From: Solirubrobacteraceae bacterium
GTDB lineage: Bacteria; Actinomycetota; Thermoleophilia; Solirubrobacterales; Solirubrobacteraceae
Direction of reading: 5' to 3'
NCBI GenBank assembly: GCA_036388715.1
Contig: DASVRH010000405.1
Location: forward strand, 1-41,430
Length of the DNA: 41,430 nt
Shown here: positions 33,733 to 41,430 of the stretch, piece after piece
How the letters are laid out: each line of letters opens with the position of its first letter
Numbering within the stretch: position 1 is the stretch's first letter
Program-made: the position numbers and the translations under genes
The notes under the pieces: generated by a model
Database searches by the model: none
What the model saw: the letters and a program-made list of their open reading frames with translations, nothing else
What the model was told of the DNA's origin: nothing

Positions 33733-34989
33733 GGCGTCCGGCGCCATGGCCGCGATCTCCGCGGCGTAGCCGAACACCTGCGCGGCGCCGAAGCAGTTCC
33801 ACGGGTCGACGACGAGCGCCTCCGGCGCCGCGAGGCGCGAGATCTCTCGAAGAGGACCGGCTCCACAAAATTCTCTGTGGTTCGTCGCGACGACGACGGC
33901 CTCGGCGCCCGCGACGGCCTCGTCGAAGGTCTGGGTCGGCGTGGGGACGTGCGGGTCGTGCACCGCGACCTCGACCAGCTCGCGCTCGAGCAGGCGCACG
34001 AGCTTGTGGGCCAGCGAGTCGCGCTCGTCGTCGGTGTCGGCCTTGAAGGCCAGGCCGAGCACGGCGACCTTGCGGCCGCGCAGCGCGCCGAGGCGGCGCT
34101 TCATGCCCTCGACGAGGAAGAGCGGCACGCTCTCGTTCACGCGCGAGACGGCGAGCAGCATGCCGGGCGCGTGCGAGCGCTCCTCGCTGAACGTGAAGTC
34201 CTTGCGCAGGCAGGTGCCGGCGGTGAAGCCCGGCATCTTGATCCCGCCCCTGGGGTAATCGTGGTTGATGAGGTCGATGACCTCGAAGACGTTCGCCTCG
34301 TACTGCTCGCAGTCCATCATCAGGAGGTTGGGCAGCGCGAACGTCGTGTAGCGCAGGATGTTGGTCCAGATCTTCGCGAGCTCGGCCTGGACGGGCGTGG
34401 TCTCGACGACGTCGGACTCGTAGACGTCGAACAGCTCGCGGCACACCTGCGTCGAGCGGTCGCCGACGCCGCCGACGATCTGCGGCAGCGAGTCGATCTC
34501 CTCGAAGAACTTGCCGGCCGCGATGCGCTCGGGGGCGTGCGAGACGAAGAGGTCCTCGCCGACCTTGAAGCCGAGCTTCGACTCGAGGTAGCCGGCGACG
34601 AACTCGGTCGTGCCCGGGGCGATCGTCGAGCGCAGGACGACGGAGTGGCCGGGCTCGAGGACCGGCAGGAGGTCGTCGAGGGCCGAGCGGATGTCGCGCA
34701 TGTCGATCTCGATGTGCGAGAACGACGGCGTCCCGATCGTGAGGATGATGTGCTTGGCCCGGGCGGCGTCGGCGACGCGGTCGGAGGCCTCCAGCCCGCC
34801 GGAGGCGTGCACGCGGCCCATGACCTCGTCGCCGCCGGTCTCCTCGAACGGCATGCGGCCGTCGCGGACGGCGGCCAGCCGCTCGGGGTCGCGGTCGACG
34901 CCCACGACGCTCAGGCCGCGGTCGGCGAGCGACAGGGCGAGCGGCAGGCCGACCCGGCCCAGCCCGATGACGGAGACGTCGCGGTCCAC
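33703..34989 (-). CDS. Nucleotide-sugar dehydrogenase (UDP-glucose/GDP-mannose dehydrogenase family, WecC-like)
   Basis: VSVIGLGRVGLPLA is the Rossmann motif, GFTAGTCLRKD holds the catalytic Cys, and LGLAFKADTDDERDS is the C-terminal domain motif. GTG start at 34989. Confidence 0.9.
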   Translation of the reverse strand: MDRDVSVIGLGRVGLPLALSLADRGLSVVGVDRDPERLAAVRDGRMPFEETGGDEVMGRVHASGGLEASDRVADAARAKHIILTIGTPSFSHIEIDMRDIRSALDDLLPVLEPGHSVVLRSTIAPGTTEFVAGYLESKLGFKVGEDLFVSHAPERIAAGKFFEEIDSLPQIVGGVGDRSTQVCRELFDVYESDVVETTPVQAELAKIWTNILRYTTFALPNLLMMDCEQYEANVFEVIDLINHDYPRGGIKMPGFTAGTCLRKDFTFSEERSHAPGMLLAVSRVNESVPLFLVEGMKRRLGALRGRKVAVLGLAFKADTDDERDSLAHKLVRLLERELVEVAVHDPHVPTPTQTFDEAVAGAEAVVVATNHREFCGAGPLREISRLAAPEALVVDPWNCFGAAQVFGYAAEIAAMAPDASAAAAGQPD

Positions 34990-35000
34990 GTCCCGTCAGG

Positions 35001-35828
35001 CTATCGACGGGTGCTGCTGTACTGGCGCGCGAAGCCCGCGACGAAGCGCGGGTTGTAGCGCGCGTAGCGGCGCCACAGGCGCCGCGGCTCCTTCGAGAGG
35101 CGGTAGACCCACTCGAGGCCGATGTTCTGCATCCAGGTCGGCGCCTGGGGCACGAGGCCGGCGTGGAAGTCGAAGGCGGCGCCGACGCCGATCAGCATGG
35201 GGGCGTCGAGGAGCGGGCGCATCTCGCGCATCCAGATCTCCTGCTTGGGCTGGCCGGTGCCGACCCACACGACGTCCGCCTTGGAGCGGTTGATGTCGTG
35301 GACGACCCAGTCGCGCTCCTCGTCGGAGAGCGGCCGGAAGGGCGGGGAGTAGCCGCCGACGATCTGCAGGCCGGGGTAGCGGCGGCGGAGCTTGAGCGCG
35401 AGCTCGACGAGCGCGCCCTGGTTGCGGCCGCCGTAGAGGTACATGCGGGCGCCGGTGGTCGCCGAGCGCTGGCAGTACTTGGCCATCAGGTCGGGGCCGT
35501 ACACGCGGGTGGCCTGCTCGTGGCCGAGCGCCTTGAGCGCCCAGACCAGCGGCTGCCCGTCGGGGACCACGAGGCTGACGTCGGCGACGGCGTCGCGCGT
35601 GGCCTGGTCCTCCTGGGCGACCATGACGAGGTGCACCGCGGCGGCGCTCAGCGTCGCCCGGCCGCCCGCGGCCACGGTCTGGTCGATCCAGTCCATCGTC
35701 CGCTCGTAGTCGGCGAGCGCGAGCGGGACGCCGAGGACCTCGGCGGTGGCCGGCTTGCCGGCGGCGCCGTTCTGATGGCCGTTGACGGCCTGGTCGGCGC
35801 GCGTGATGTCGATGAGCGGCTGGTTCAT
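35001..35828 (-). CDS. WecG/TagA/CpsF-family glycosyltransferase (GT26)
   Basis: VLGVPLA..., VVPDGQPLVWA, YLYGG, VVWVGTGQPKQEIWM and IGVGAAFDFHAG are characteristic of GT26. ATG 35828 is preferred; the track start at 35912 adds 28 aa. Confidence 0.85.
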   Translation of the reverse strand: MNQPLIDITRADQAVNGHQNGAAGKPATAEVLGVPLALADYERTMDWIDQTVAAGGRATLSAAAVHLVMVAQEDQATRDAVADVSLVVPDGQPLVWALKALGHEQATRVYGPDLMAKYCQRSATTGARMYLYGGRNQGALVELALKLRRRYPGLQIVGGYSPPFRPLSDEERDWVVHDINRSKADVVWVGTGQPKQEIWMREMRPLLDAPMLIGVGAAFDFHAGLVPQAPTWMQNIGLEWVYRLSKEPRRLWRRYARYNPRFVAGFARQYSSTRR

Positions 35829-35980
35829 AGGGGGATCGCCGGTACAGAACGGGCCGCCGGCGGAAAAGTCGCGTCCTTGCTGCGGGACGAACGGCAAGAG
35901 CGCGCGGGACATCCAAGAAGTCGCGCTCGCCTCGTAGCATAGCCGCCCATGGCGCCGCCCAAACGCAAGCGATCTTGCGC

Positions 35981-37033
35981 ATGACGGCGCTCGTCGACGA
36001 GGGCTTCTGGGCGGGGAGAAACGCCCTTGTCACCGGACACACCGGATTCAAGGGCGCCTGGCTGGCGCTGTGGCTCGAGTCGCTGGGCGCCTCCATGCAC
36101 GGCCTCTCGCTCGACCCTCCCTCGACGCCGTCGCTGCACGAGCTGGCCGGCCTTCCCGCCTCCCCGCGCATCGACGTCCGCGACGCCGGCGCGGTGCGCG
36201 ACGCGGTCGCCTCCGCCCGGCCGTCCGTCGTCTTCCACCTCGCCGCGCAGCCGCTCGTCCGCCGCTCCTACGCCGAGCCGGCCGAGACGTTCGCCGTCAA
36301 CGTGCAGGGGACGGCGCACGTCCTCGACGCCGTCCGCGCGGTGGAGGGCGTCGAGGCGGTCGTCGTCGTCACGTCCGACAAGTGCTACGAGCCGCACGAG
36401 GGCGAGTTCGGGCACCGCGAGACGGATCCTCTCGGCGGCCGCGATCCGTACTCGGCCTCGAAGGCGGCGGCGGAGGTGGTCTGCGCCGCGTACCGGTCGT
36501 CGTTCGGGCTGCCGCTGGCGACGGCGCGTGCGGGCAACGTCATCGGCGGCGGTGACTGGGGCGCCGACCGGCTGCTGCCCGACGTCATGCGGGCGGCGCA
36601 GGGCGGAGGGGCGGTCGAGCTGCGCAGCCCCTCGGCGGTGCGGCCGTGGCAGCACGTGCTCAACCCGCTCGCCGGCTACCTCGTCCTCGCCCAGGCGCTG
36701 GCCGGCGACCCGGAGGCGTTCGCCGACGCGTGGAACTTCGGGCCGGCGGTCGACGACGCGCTGACGGTGCGCGAGCTGGTCGGGCGGATCGGGATGCTGT
36801 GGGGCAGCGAGATCCCCGTCGCGACGCAGCCCGGCGAGCACCCGGCCGAGACCGCGACGCTGCGGCTCGACTCGACCCGCGCGCGGGTGCGGCTGGGGTG
36901 GCGCCCGGTGTGGGACCTCGACGAGGGGCTGCACGCGATCGTCGACTGGTACCGGGCCTACGAGCGCGGCGCCGACCTGCGAGAGACCTCTTTGGCGCAG
37001 ATCGCGGCGTACGAGGCCGCCGCGCGGCGTTAG
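35981..37033 (+). CDS. rfbG: CDP-glucose 4,6-dehydratase
   Basis: FWAGRNALVTGHTGFKGAWLALWLESLGA is the signature N-terminus. Also present are VVVTSDKCYE, DPYSASKAAAE, RAGNVIGGGDW and VRPWQHVLNPL. ATG 35981 is 2 codons inside the track's TTG start. Confidence 0.9.
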   Translation: MTALVDEGFWAGRNALVTGHTGFKGAWLALWLESLGASMHGLSLDPPSTPSLHELAGLPASPRIDVRDAGAVRDAVASARPSVVFHLAAQPLVRRSYAEPAETFAVNVQGTAHVLDAVRAVEGVEAVVVVTSDKCYEPHEGEFGHRETDPLGGRDPYSASKAAAEVVCAAYRSSFGLPLATARAGNVIGGGDWGADRLLPDVMRAAQGGGAVELRSPSAVRPWQHVLNPLAGYLVLAQALAGDPEAFADAWNFGPAVDDALTVRELVGRIGMLWGSEIPVATQPGEHPAETATLRLDSTRARVRLGWRPVWDLDEGLHAIVDWYRAYERGADLRETSLAQIAAYEAAARR

Positions 37034-37046
37034 GCTCGCGCCCCTC

Positions 37047-39563
37047 ATGCTCCGCCGCGCCCTCGCCGTCGCGTTCCTCGCGACGCTCCTCCTCGCCCCT
37101 CCCGCCTCCGCGATCGACTTCGTCGACGAGGACTTCGCCGCCGGCTTCGAGGAGGTGGTGGTCGCCGAGGGCCTCAACGAGCCGACCGGGATGGCGTACG
37201 GACCCGGTGGCCGGCTCTACGTCGCCGAGCGCGAGGGGCGCGTGCGGGTCGTCGAGCCGGACGGGACGCTGGCCCCCGACCCCGTCGTCGACATCTCCGA
37301 CCACGTCAACTCGTACTCCGAGCGCGGGCTGCTCGGGATCGCGGTCGACAACGACTTCGCCTCCCACCCGTTCCTCTACCTGCTGTACACGTACGAGCAC
37401 GACGGGGAGGACCCGTTGGCGGCGAAGACGTCCCGCCTCACCCGCGTGCGCCTCGACGAGCTGAACCCCTCGGTCGCCTACGCCCCGTTCGAGGAGACGG
37501 TGCTGATCGGCGACGACGACGACGACGGCGACGAGCTCTGCGACATCGGCGAGGTGTGCATCCCGGCCGACGACGAGTATCACTCGATCGGCACCGTCCG
37601 CCAGGGTCCCGACGGGACGCTCTACGCGGGCAGCGGGGACTCCAACGCGACCGGGGACTTCTGGGCGCAGTCCGACGCGATGCGCCCGTTCGACCCTCAG
37701 AGCCTCGCCGGCAAGATCATGCGCGTCGATCGCGACGGCGACCCGGTCGAGCCCTCCTTCTGCACCGACCCCGCGCAGCCGTGCTCGCACGTCTTCGCGA
37801 TGGGCTTCCGCAACCCGTACCGCTTCAGCGTCCGCGGGAACGCGGATCTCATCGTCGGCGACGTCGGGTCCTCGCAGTACGAGGAGGTCAACCGCGTGCT
37901 CCCCGGGCGCGACCACGGCTGGCCGTGCTGGGAGGGCTACGGGTGGACGGCGATCTACCAGGGGCGCGAGGAGTGCCAGGAGCGCTACGCCCTCACTCCG
38001 CCGCCGTCGAACCTGACCTCGCCGTGGATCGTCTACGGCGGCAGCCGCGCGGTCGGGCAGGGCGCCGCGGTCTACGCGGGCCCGACGTACACGGGCGCGA
38101 CCTTCCCGCCGAAGTTCGCCGCGCAGCAGCGCTTCTTCTACGGCGACACCGTGCGCGGGTGGCTGAACACCGCGTACTTCGACGGCGGCGCGGTGCGGAC
38201 GAAGTCGTTCGCGACCGGCGTGAACTACGCGGTCGAGATGATCCAGTCGCCGGAGGGCGACGTCGTCTACAGCGAGTACGGCGGCGCGATCAAGCGGATC
38301 CGCTTCGCGTGCGCGCCGGACGGCACCGCGTGCAACAAGACGCCGATCGCGCGCCTCTCCGCGATCCCCGACCACGGCGAGGACGTCGACGAGATCACCT
38401 TCTCGGCGGCCGGCAGCTCCGACCCAGACGGCGACGCCCTGACCTACAGCTGGGACTTCGACGGCGACGGCGACTTCGAGCTCACCGGGCCCGACGCCAC
38501 GCCGCCACCGCAGTCCTTCGCGCCCGGCCGCTACGTCCCGCGCGTCGTCGTGGGTGACGGCTCGCGCACCGCCGTCGCGCAGCAGGTCGTCTTTCCCGGC
38601 TACGACCCGCCGTCGGTCACGATCGACCCGGTCGACGAGGAGTTCCGCGCCGGCGAGTCGGTCGACGTGAGCGGCTCGGCGAGCGATCCGAACACGCCGG
38701 CCCAGGCGCTCGACCCGCTCGTCTGGAAGGTCACGCTGCTGCACAATGACCACGTCCATCCGCGCGGGCGCTGGGTCGGGCCGACCGCGACGTTCAAGAC
38801 GCTCGACAGCCACGACGCCGACTCCGGCTACCTCGTCGAGCTGACCGCGCGCAACGCGATCGGGATGACGGCGACGAAGTCGGTCCAGCTGCATCCGAAG
38901 ACGGTGAAGGTGACGTTGGCCAGCGACCCGCCGGGGGCGCGGCTGCTCTACGGCGCGCGGGAGGGCTGGGCGCCGTTCACGATCGACGCGGCGGTGAACT
39001 ACACGACGCCGCTGACCGCCGACTACTCCGTCTACTACGAGGGCGAGTGGCTGCCGTTCTCGCACTGGGAGCACACGCCGTCGCAGCAGTTCTCGAACGT
39101 GAAGGTCCCGGACCACGACGTCACGTACACCGCGGTCTACGGCCCGCGGAGCACGAAGGAGCGCCCGCCGGGAGAGCTCGCGCCGCCGCTCGAGCCGCCG
39201 GGCCCGCCGATCGGCCCGTTCCAGCCGCCGCGCGGCCCGCGGGGGACGCTGGGCGCGTTCCGCGGTCGTCGCGTGAGCGGCACCGCCACCGCTCCGCTCG
39301 GCGTCCGCCGGGTGCGGATCGCGCTGGCCCGCCGCGCCGGCCGCCGCTGCCGCCTCCTCCGCGCCGGGCGCTTCACGAAGCCCACCCGCTGCTCGCGCCG
39401 GACGTGGACGAAGGCGAGGCTCGGCCGCGGCAAGGCCACCCGCGCCTGGTCGCTCACCCTCCGCAAGCCGCTCCGCCCGGGCCGCTACACGATCGTCGTC
39501 CGCGTCGAGGACATGGCGGGCGCCACCGCCAACCGCTCCTTCGCCCGCCGCCTCACGCGCTAG
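37047..39563 (+). CDS. Secreted PQQ-type soluble sugar dehydrogenase beta-propeller + PKD + conserved middle module + Arg-rich C-terminal domain
   Basis: Signal peptide is MLRRALAVAFLATLLLAPPASA. GSDH-like motifs are GLNEPTGMAYGPGGRLYVAEREGRVRVV, ERGLLGIAVD, LAGKIMRV and FAMGFRNPYR. The PKD block reads ITFSAAGSSDPDGDALTYSWDFDGDG. It is a paralogue of the N-terminal two thirds of the 13190-16873 product. Confidence 0.9.
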   Translation: MLRRALAVAFLATLLLAPPASAIDFVDEDFAAGFEEVVVAEGLNEPTGMAYGPGGRLYVAEREGRVRVVEPDGTLAPDPVVDISDHVNSYSERGLLGIAVDNDFASHPFLYLLYTYEHDGEDPLAAKTSRLTRVRLDELNPSVAYAPFEETVLIGDDDDDGDELCDIGEVCIPADDEYHSIGTVRQGPDGTLYAGSGDSNATGDFWAQSDAMRPFDPQSLAGKIMRVDRDGDPVEPSFCTDPAQPCSHVFAMGFRNPYRFSVRGNADLIVGDVGSSQYEEVNRVLPGRDHGWPCWEGYGWTAIYQGREECQERYALTPPPSNLTSPWIVYGGSRAVGQGAAVYAGPTYTGATFPPKFAAQQRFFYGDTVRGWLNTAYFDGGAVRTKSFATGVNYAVEMIQSPEGDVVYSEYGGAIKRIRFACAPDGTACNKTPIARLSAIPDHGEDVDEITFSAAGSSDPDGDALTYSWDFDGDGDFELTGPDATPPPQSFAPGRYVPRVVVGDGSRTAVAQQVVFPGYDPPSVTIDPVDEEFRAGESVDVSGSASDPNTPAQALDPLVWKVTLLHNDHVHPRGRWVGPTATFKTLDSHDADSGYLVELTARNAIGMTATKSVQLHPKTVKVTLASDPPGARLLYGAREGWAPFTIDAAVNYTTPLTADYSVYYEGEWLPFSHWEHTPSQQFSNVKVPDHDVTYTAVYGPRSTKERPPGELAPPLEPPGPPIGPFQPPRGPRGTLGAFRGRRVSGTATAPLGVRRVRIALARRAGRRCRLLRAGRFTKPTRCSRRTWTKARLGRGKATRAWSLTLRKPLRPGRYTIVVRVEDMAGATANRSFARRLTR

Positions 39564-39638
39564 CGCCGCGACCCTTCGGGCGCGCCGCGACCCTCGCCGG
39601 GCCGCCGCCCGCGGCGCTCGCGTTCACACTTCTGTCGC

Positions 39639-39653
39639 AATTTCCCGGAAATT
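39639..39653. promoter_or_regulatory. AT-rich perfect 7-1-7 palindrome AATTTCC-C-GGAAATT upstream of the tandem winged-helix genes
   Basis: Read directly from the sequence. It lies in the lowest-GC stretch I noticed in the window (about 39620-39760), 78 nt upstream of the ATG at 39732. Candidate operator. Confidence 0.35.
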
Positions 39654-39731
39654 CGTGACTCACCGCGTGACATCTGCGGGAGTTCTTCGGGCAGGATGTC
39701 TCGCGTAATGAAGTCGTTGAGTGAACTGTAG

Positions 39732-40058
39732 ATGTCACGCATATATCGAGCCGCCCCTCGCCACGCCCTTCCCCGTCCCCTGAGCCTCGCGCAGAAGCGG
39801 GCGCTGGTGGCGCTGGCGCGGGCGTGTCCGGAGATGGGGGACGAGGCGGATGTGGCGGCGGTCGCGCGGGTGAGCGGGCTGAAGCCGAACGCGGCGGTGC
39901 TGGCGCTCGAGGGACTGGTCCGCCGCAGGCTCGCCGTCGGTCACGACGACCCCGCCGCCTGGTCGCCGACGATGAGCGGCCGGGGGATGGCGAAGTACGT
40001 CCGCGCGGCCGAGCCGCGCACGCGGCCGGTCGCCGGATCGCGTAAGCCAGAAGACTGA
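39732..40058 (+). CDS. Small winged-helix (LexA-N-terminal/MarR-like) putative DNA-binding protein, paralogue 1
   Basis: LSLAQKRALVALARA...VAAVARVSGLKPNAAVLALEGLVRRRLAV...DPAAWSPT is colinear with the next gene product. The pattern resembles the LexA N-terminal wHTH. Confidence 0.55.
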   Translation: MSRIYRAAPRHALPRPLSLAQKRALVALARACPEMGDEADVAAVARVSGLKPNAAVLALEGLVRRRLAVGHDDPAAWSPTMSGRGMAKYVRAAEPRTRPVAGSRKPED

Positions 40059-40107
40059 CCGGCGTTCATTCGGCGCGCGAATCGGGGACACTCCGTGGCG
40101 CGTCGGA

Positions 40108-40380
40108 ATGTCGTACGTCTTCGTCCCCCCACCCTCGCCGGATCGCGCGCTCACGCCCGCGCAGAAGCAGGCCCTGCTCGCCATGCGCCGCGGCGCCGAG
40201 GTCGAGGCCGCAGCGCTCGCGCGCGTCACGGGGATGAAGCCGAACGGCGCGGCCCTCGCGCTGCGCGGGCTCGAGCGGCGCGGGCTCGTCGCGCGTCAGG
40301 AGGGCGACCCGGCGGCATGGACGGTGACGTTCGCCGGCCACGCGCTCGCGGAGCGCCTCTCCGGGGGGGACGCCGGCTAG
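40108..40380 (+). CDS. Small winged-helix (LexA-N-terminal/MarR-like) putative DNA-binding protein, paralogue 2
   Basis: [15 protein letters not shown]...[41 protein letters not shown]. Its end overlaps the stop of the convergent decarboxylase gene by 4 nt. Confidence 0.55.
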   Translation: MSYVFVPPPSPDRALTPAQKQALLAMRRGAEVEAAALARVTGMKPNGAALALRGLERRGLVARQEGDPAAWTVTFAGHALAERLSGGDAG

Positions 40381-41321
40381 GCGGCGCCGACGAGGGCCTC
40401 GAGGCCCGACTGCTCGACGGTCCGCTCCAGGCCCTCGCGGAGCTTGACCTTCGGCTCCCACCCGAGGATGTCCTTGGCCAGCGAGATGTCGGGCTGGCGG
40501 ACCTGCGGGTCGTCGGTGGGCAGCGCCTCGAAGACGATCTCCGACTTCGATCCGGTCACCTCGACGACGGTCTGCGCGAGCTCGAGCAGCGTGAACTCGT
40601 CGGGGTTGCCGATGTTCACCGGCAGGTGGTAGCCGGACTCGGCGAGCCGGATCATCCCGTCGATCAGGTCGGAGACGAAGCAGAACGACCGCGTCTGCTT
40701 GCCCTCGCCGAACACGGTGATCGGGCGGTCCGTGAGCGCCTGGCGCAGGAAGGTGGGGATGGCGCGGCCGTCGTGCGAGCGCATCCGCGGCCCGTACGTG
40801 TTGAAGATCCGCATGATCGCCGTGTCGACGCCCTGCGCCCGGTGGTAGGCCATCGTCAGCGCCTCGGCGTACCGCTTGGCCTCGTCGTAGACCCCGCGCG
40901 GCCCGATCGGGTTCACGTTGCCCCAGTAGGACTCCGGCTGCGGATGGACCTGCGGGTCGCCGTAGACCTCGGACGTCGACGCGATGAGGAAGCGGGCGCG
41001 GTGGTTCTTCGCCAGGCCGAGCGTGTGGTGCGTCCCGTACGAGCCGACCTTCAGCGTGTGCAGCGGGATGCGCAGGTAGTCGATCGGCGAGGCGGGCGAG
41101 GCGAGGTGGTAGACGAAGTCGACCGGCTCGTCGACGAAGTACGGCTCGATGATGTCGACGTTGAGGAGGACGAACTCCGGCCGCCGGATGTGCTCGATGT
41201 TGTTGAGCGACCCGGTCTCGAAGTTGTCGACGCAGATCACGCGGTGCCCGCGCTCGAGCAGCGCGTCGCAGAGATGGGACCCGAGGAAGCCGGCGCCGCC
41301 GGTGACGAGAGAGGTCGGCAT
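40377..41321 (-). CDS. UDP-glucuronate decarboxylase (UDP-xylose synthase family)
   Basis: [77 protein letters not shown] and [15 protein letters not shown] are hallmark UXS/ArnA-decarboxylase-type blocks. Confidence 0.9.
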   Translation of the reverse strand: MPTSLVTGGAGFLGSHLCDALLERGHRVICVDNFETGSLNNIEHIRRPEFVLLNVDIIEPYFVDEPVDFVYHLASPASPIDYLRIPLHTLKVGSYGTHHTLGLAKNHRARFLIASTSEVYGDPQVHPQPESYWGNVNPIGPRGVYDEAKRYAEALTMAYHRAQGVDTAIMRIFNTYGPRMRSHDGRAIPTFLRQALTDRPITVFGEGKQTRSFCFVSDLIDGMIRLAESGYHLPVNIGNPDEFTLLELAQTVVEVTGSKSEIVFEALPTDDPQVRQPDISLAKDILGWEPKVKLREGLERTVEQSGLEALVGAA

Positions 41322-41430
41322 GGCGGTCAGGCTAGCGTCCGTGCCGTGTCGCTCCGCTCCGAGCGCCGGCTCGCGGTCGCGGCCGCGGCAGTCGTCGCGG
41401 TCGCCGACGTGACGCTCGCCCGGCGCCGGC

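Noticed and set aside
36660-39116. 818-aa reverse ORF. The same applies to 23731-25905 (-), 1201-2847 (+), 26971-29544 (-), 7029-8102 (-), 10209-11318 (-) and 35825-37177 (-).
   Set aside because: All are antisense or offset shadow ORFs of confidently assigned genes. None has recognisable domain motifs, and all show extreme Arg/Ala/Pro bias.
39563-39594. 13-bp direct repeat GCGCCGCGACCCT (two copies) just after the stop at 39563, considered as a terminator
   Set aside because: It is a direct repeat, not an inverted one. The only possible stem is about 5 bp with a long loop. It is mentioned only as context for the downstream regulatory region.
41346-41430. Possible forward gene start ([31 protein letters not shown]...) at the right window edge
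   Set aside because: Only 28 codons are visible before the window ends, which is too short to separate from chance in high-GC DNA.
1-41430. Mobile elements, tRNA/rRNA genes, CRISPR arrays, known riboswitches
   Set aside because: No transposase, integrase or recombinase-like translation appears in any frame. I noticed no terminal inverted repeats, no cloverleaf-like segments in the short intergenic regions, and no recognisable riboswitch consensus in the larger intergenic gaps (832-1092, 2587-2848, 23633-23805, 35829-35980, 39564-39731).

Overview
This is high-GC DNA (about 70% by eye) with actinobacterial-style proteins. The protein families suggest Thermoleophilia/Solirubrobacterales, but that is inference only. 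I saw no rRNA, tRNA, CRISPR array, transposase or integrase. The supplied ORF track uses ATG/GTG/TTG and always takes the longest ORF, so I re-picked several starts, and many long ORFs are antisense shadow frames.

Almost the whole window is one large Wzx/Wzy-type cell-surface polysaccharide locus:
- Assembly and export: a priming phosphoglycosyl transferase, a Wzx-like flippase, two Wzy/O-antigen-ligase-family membrane proteins, and a Wzz/BY-kinase with a PHP tyrosine phosphatase.
- Transfer and modification: two GT4 glycosyltransferases, a WecG/TagA glycosyltransferase and an FkbM methyltransferase.
- Sugar-nucleotide supply: a nucleotide-sugar dehydrogenase and eight extended-SDR sugar-nucleotide enzymes. 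These include a clear GDP-mannose 3,5-epimerase homologue, CDP-glucose 4,6-dehydratase and UDP-glucuronate decarboxylase.
- A translationally coupled ATP-grasp / PLP enzyme / HAD trio, which resembles the Campylobacter uronic-acid amidation chemistry.
- Other genes: an ECF sigma factor, two tandem small winged-helix paralogues, and two secreted PQQ-type sugar dehydrogenase/PKD paralogues, one carrying a 7-blade FG-GAP propeller.

The most unusual content sits inside this locus at about 26.9-33.7 kb.
- A 58-aa peptide gene has a leader that fits the lasso-peptide consensus exactly (Tyr-17, Pro-14, Leu-12, Gly-8, Thr-2, then Gly1...Asp8).
- It is flanked by two paralogous, N-terminally short asparagine-synthetase-domain (lasso-cyclase-like) genes.
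- It lies next to an HPr-kinase-like gene and an ABC-2 exporter, with a PF14907-type nucleotidyltransferase nearby.
- I could find no PqqD/RRE (B1) or transglutaminase-type leader peptidase (B2) in any frame.

I rank this as the best candidate for a non-canonical or undescribed RiPP maturation system.
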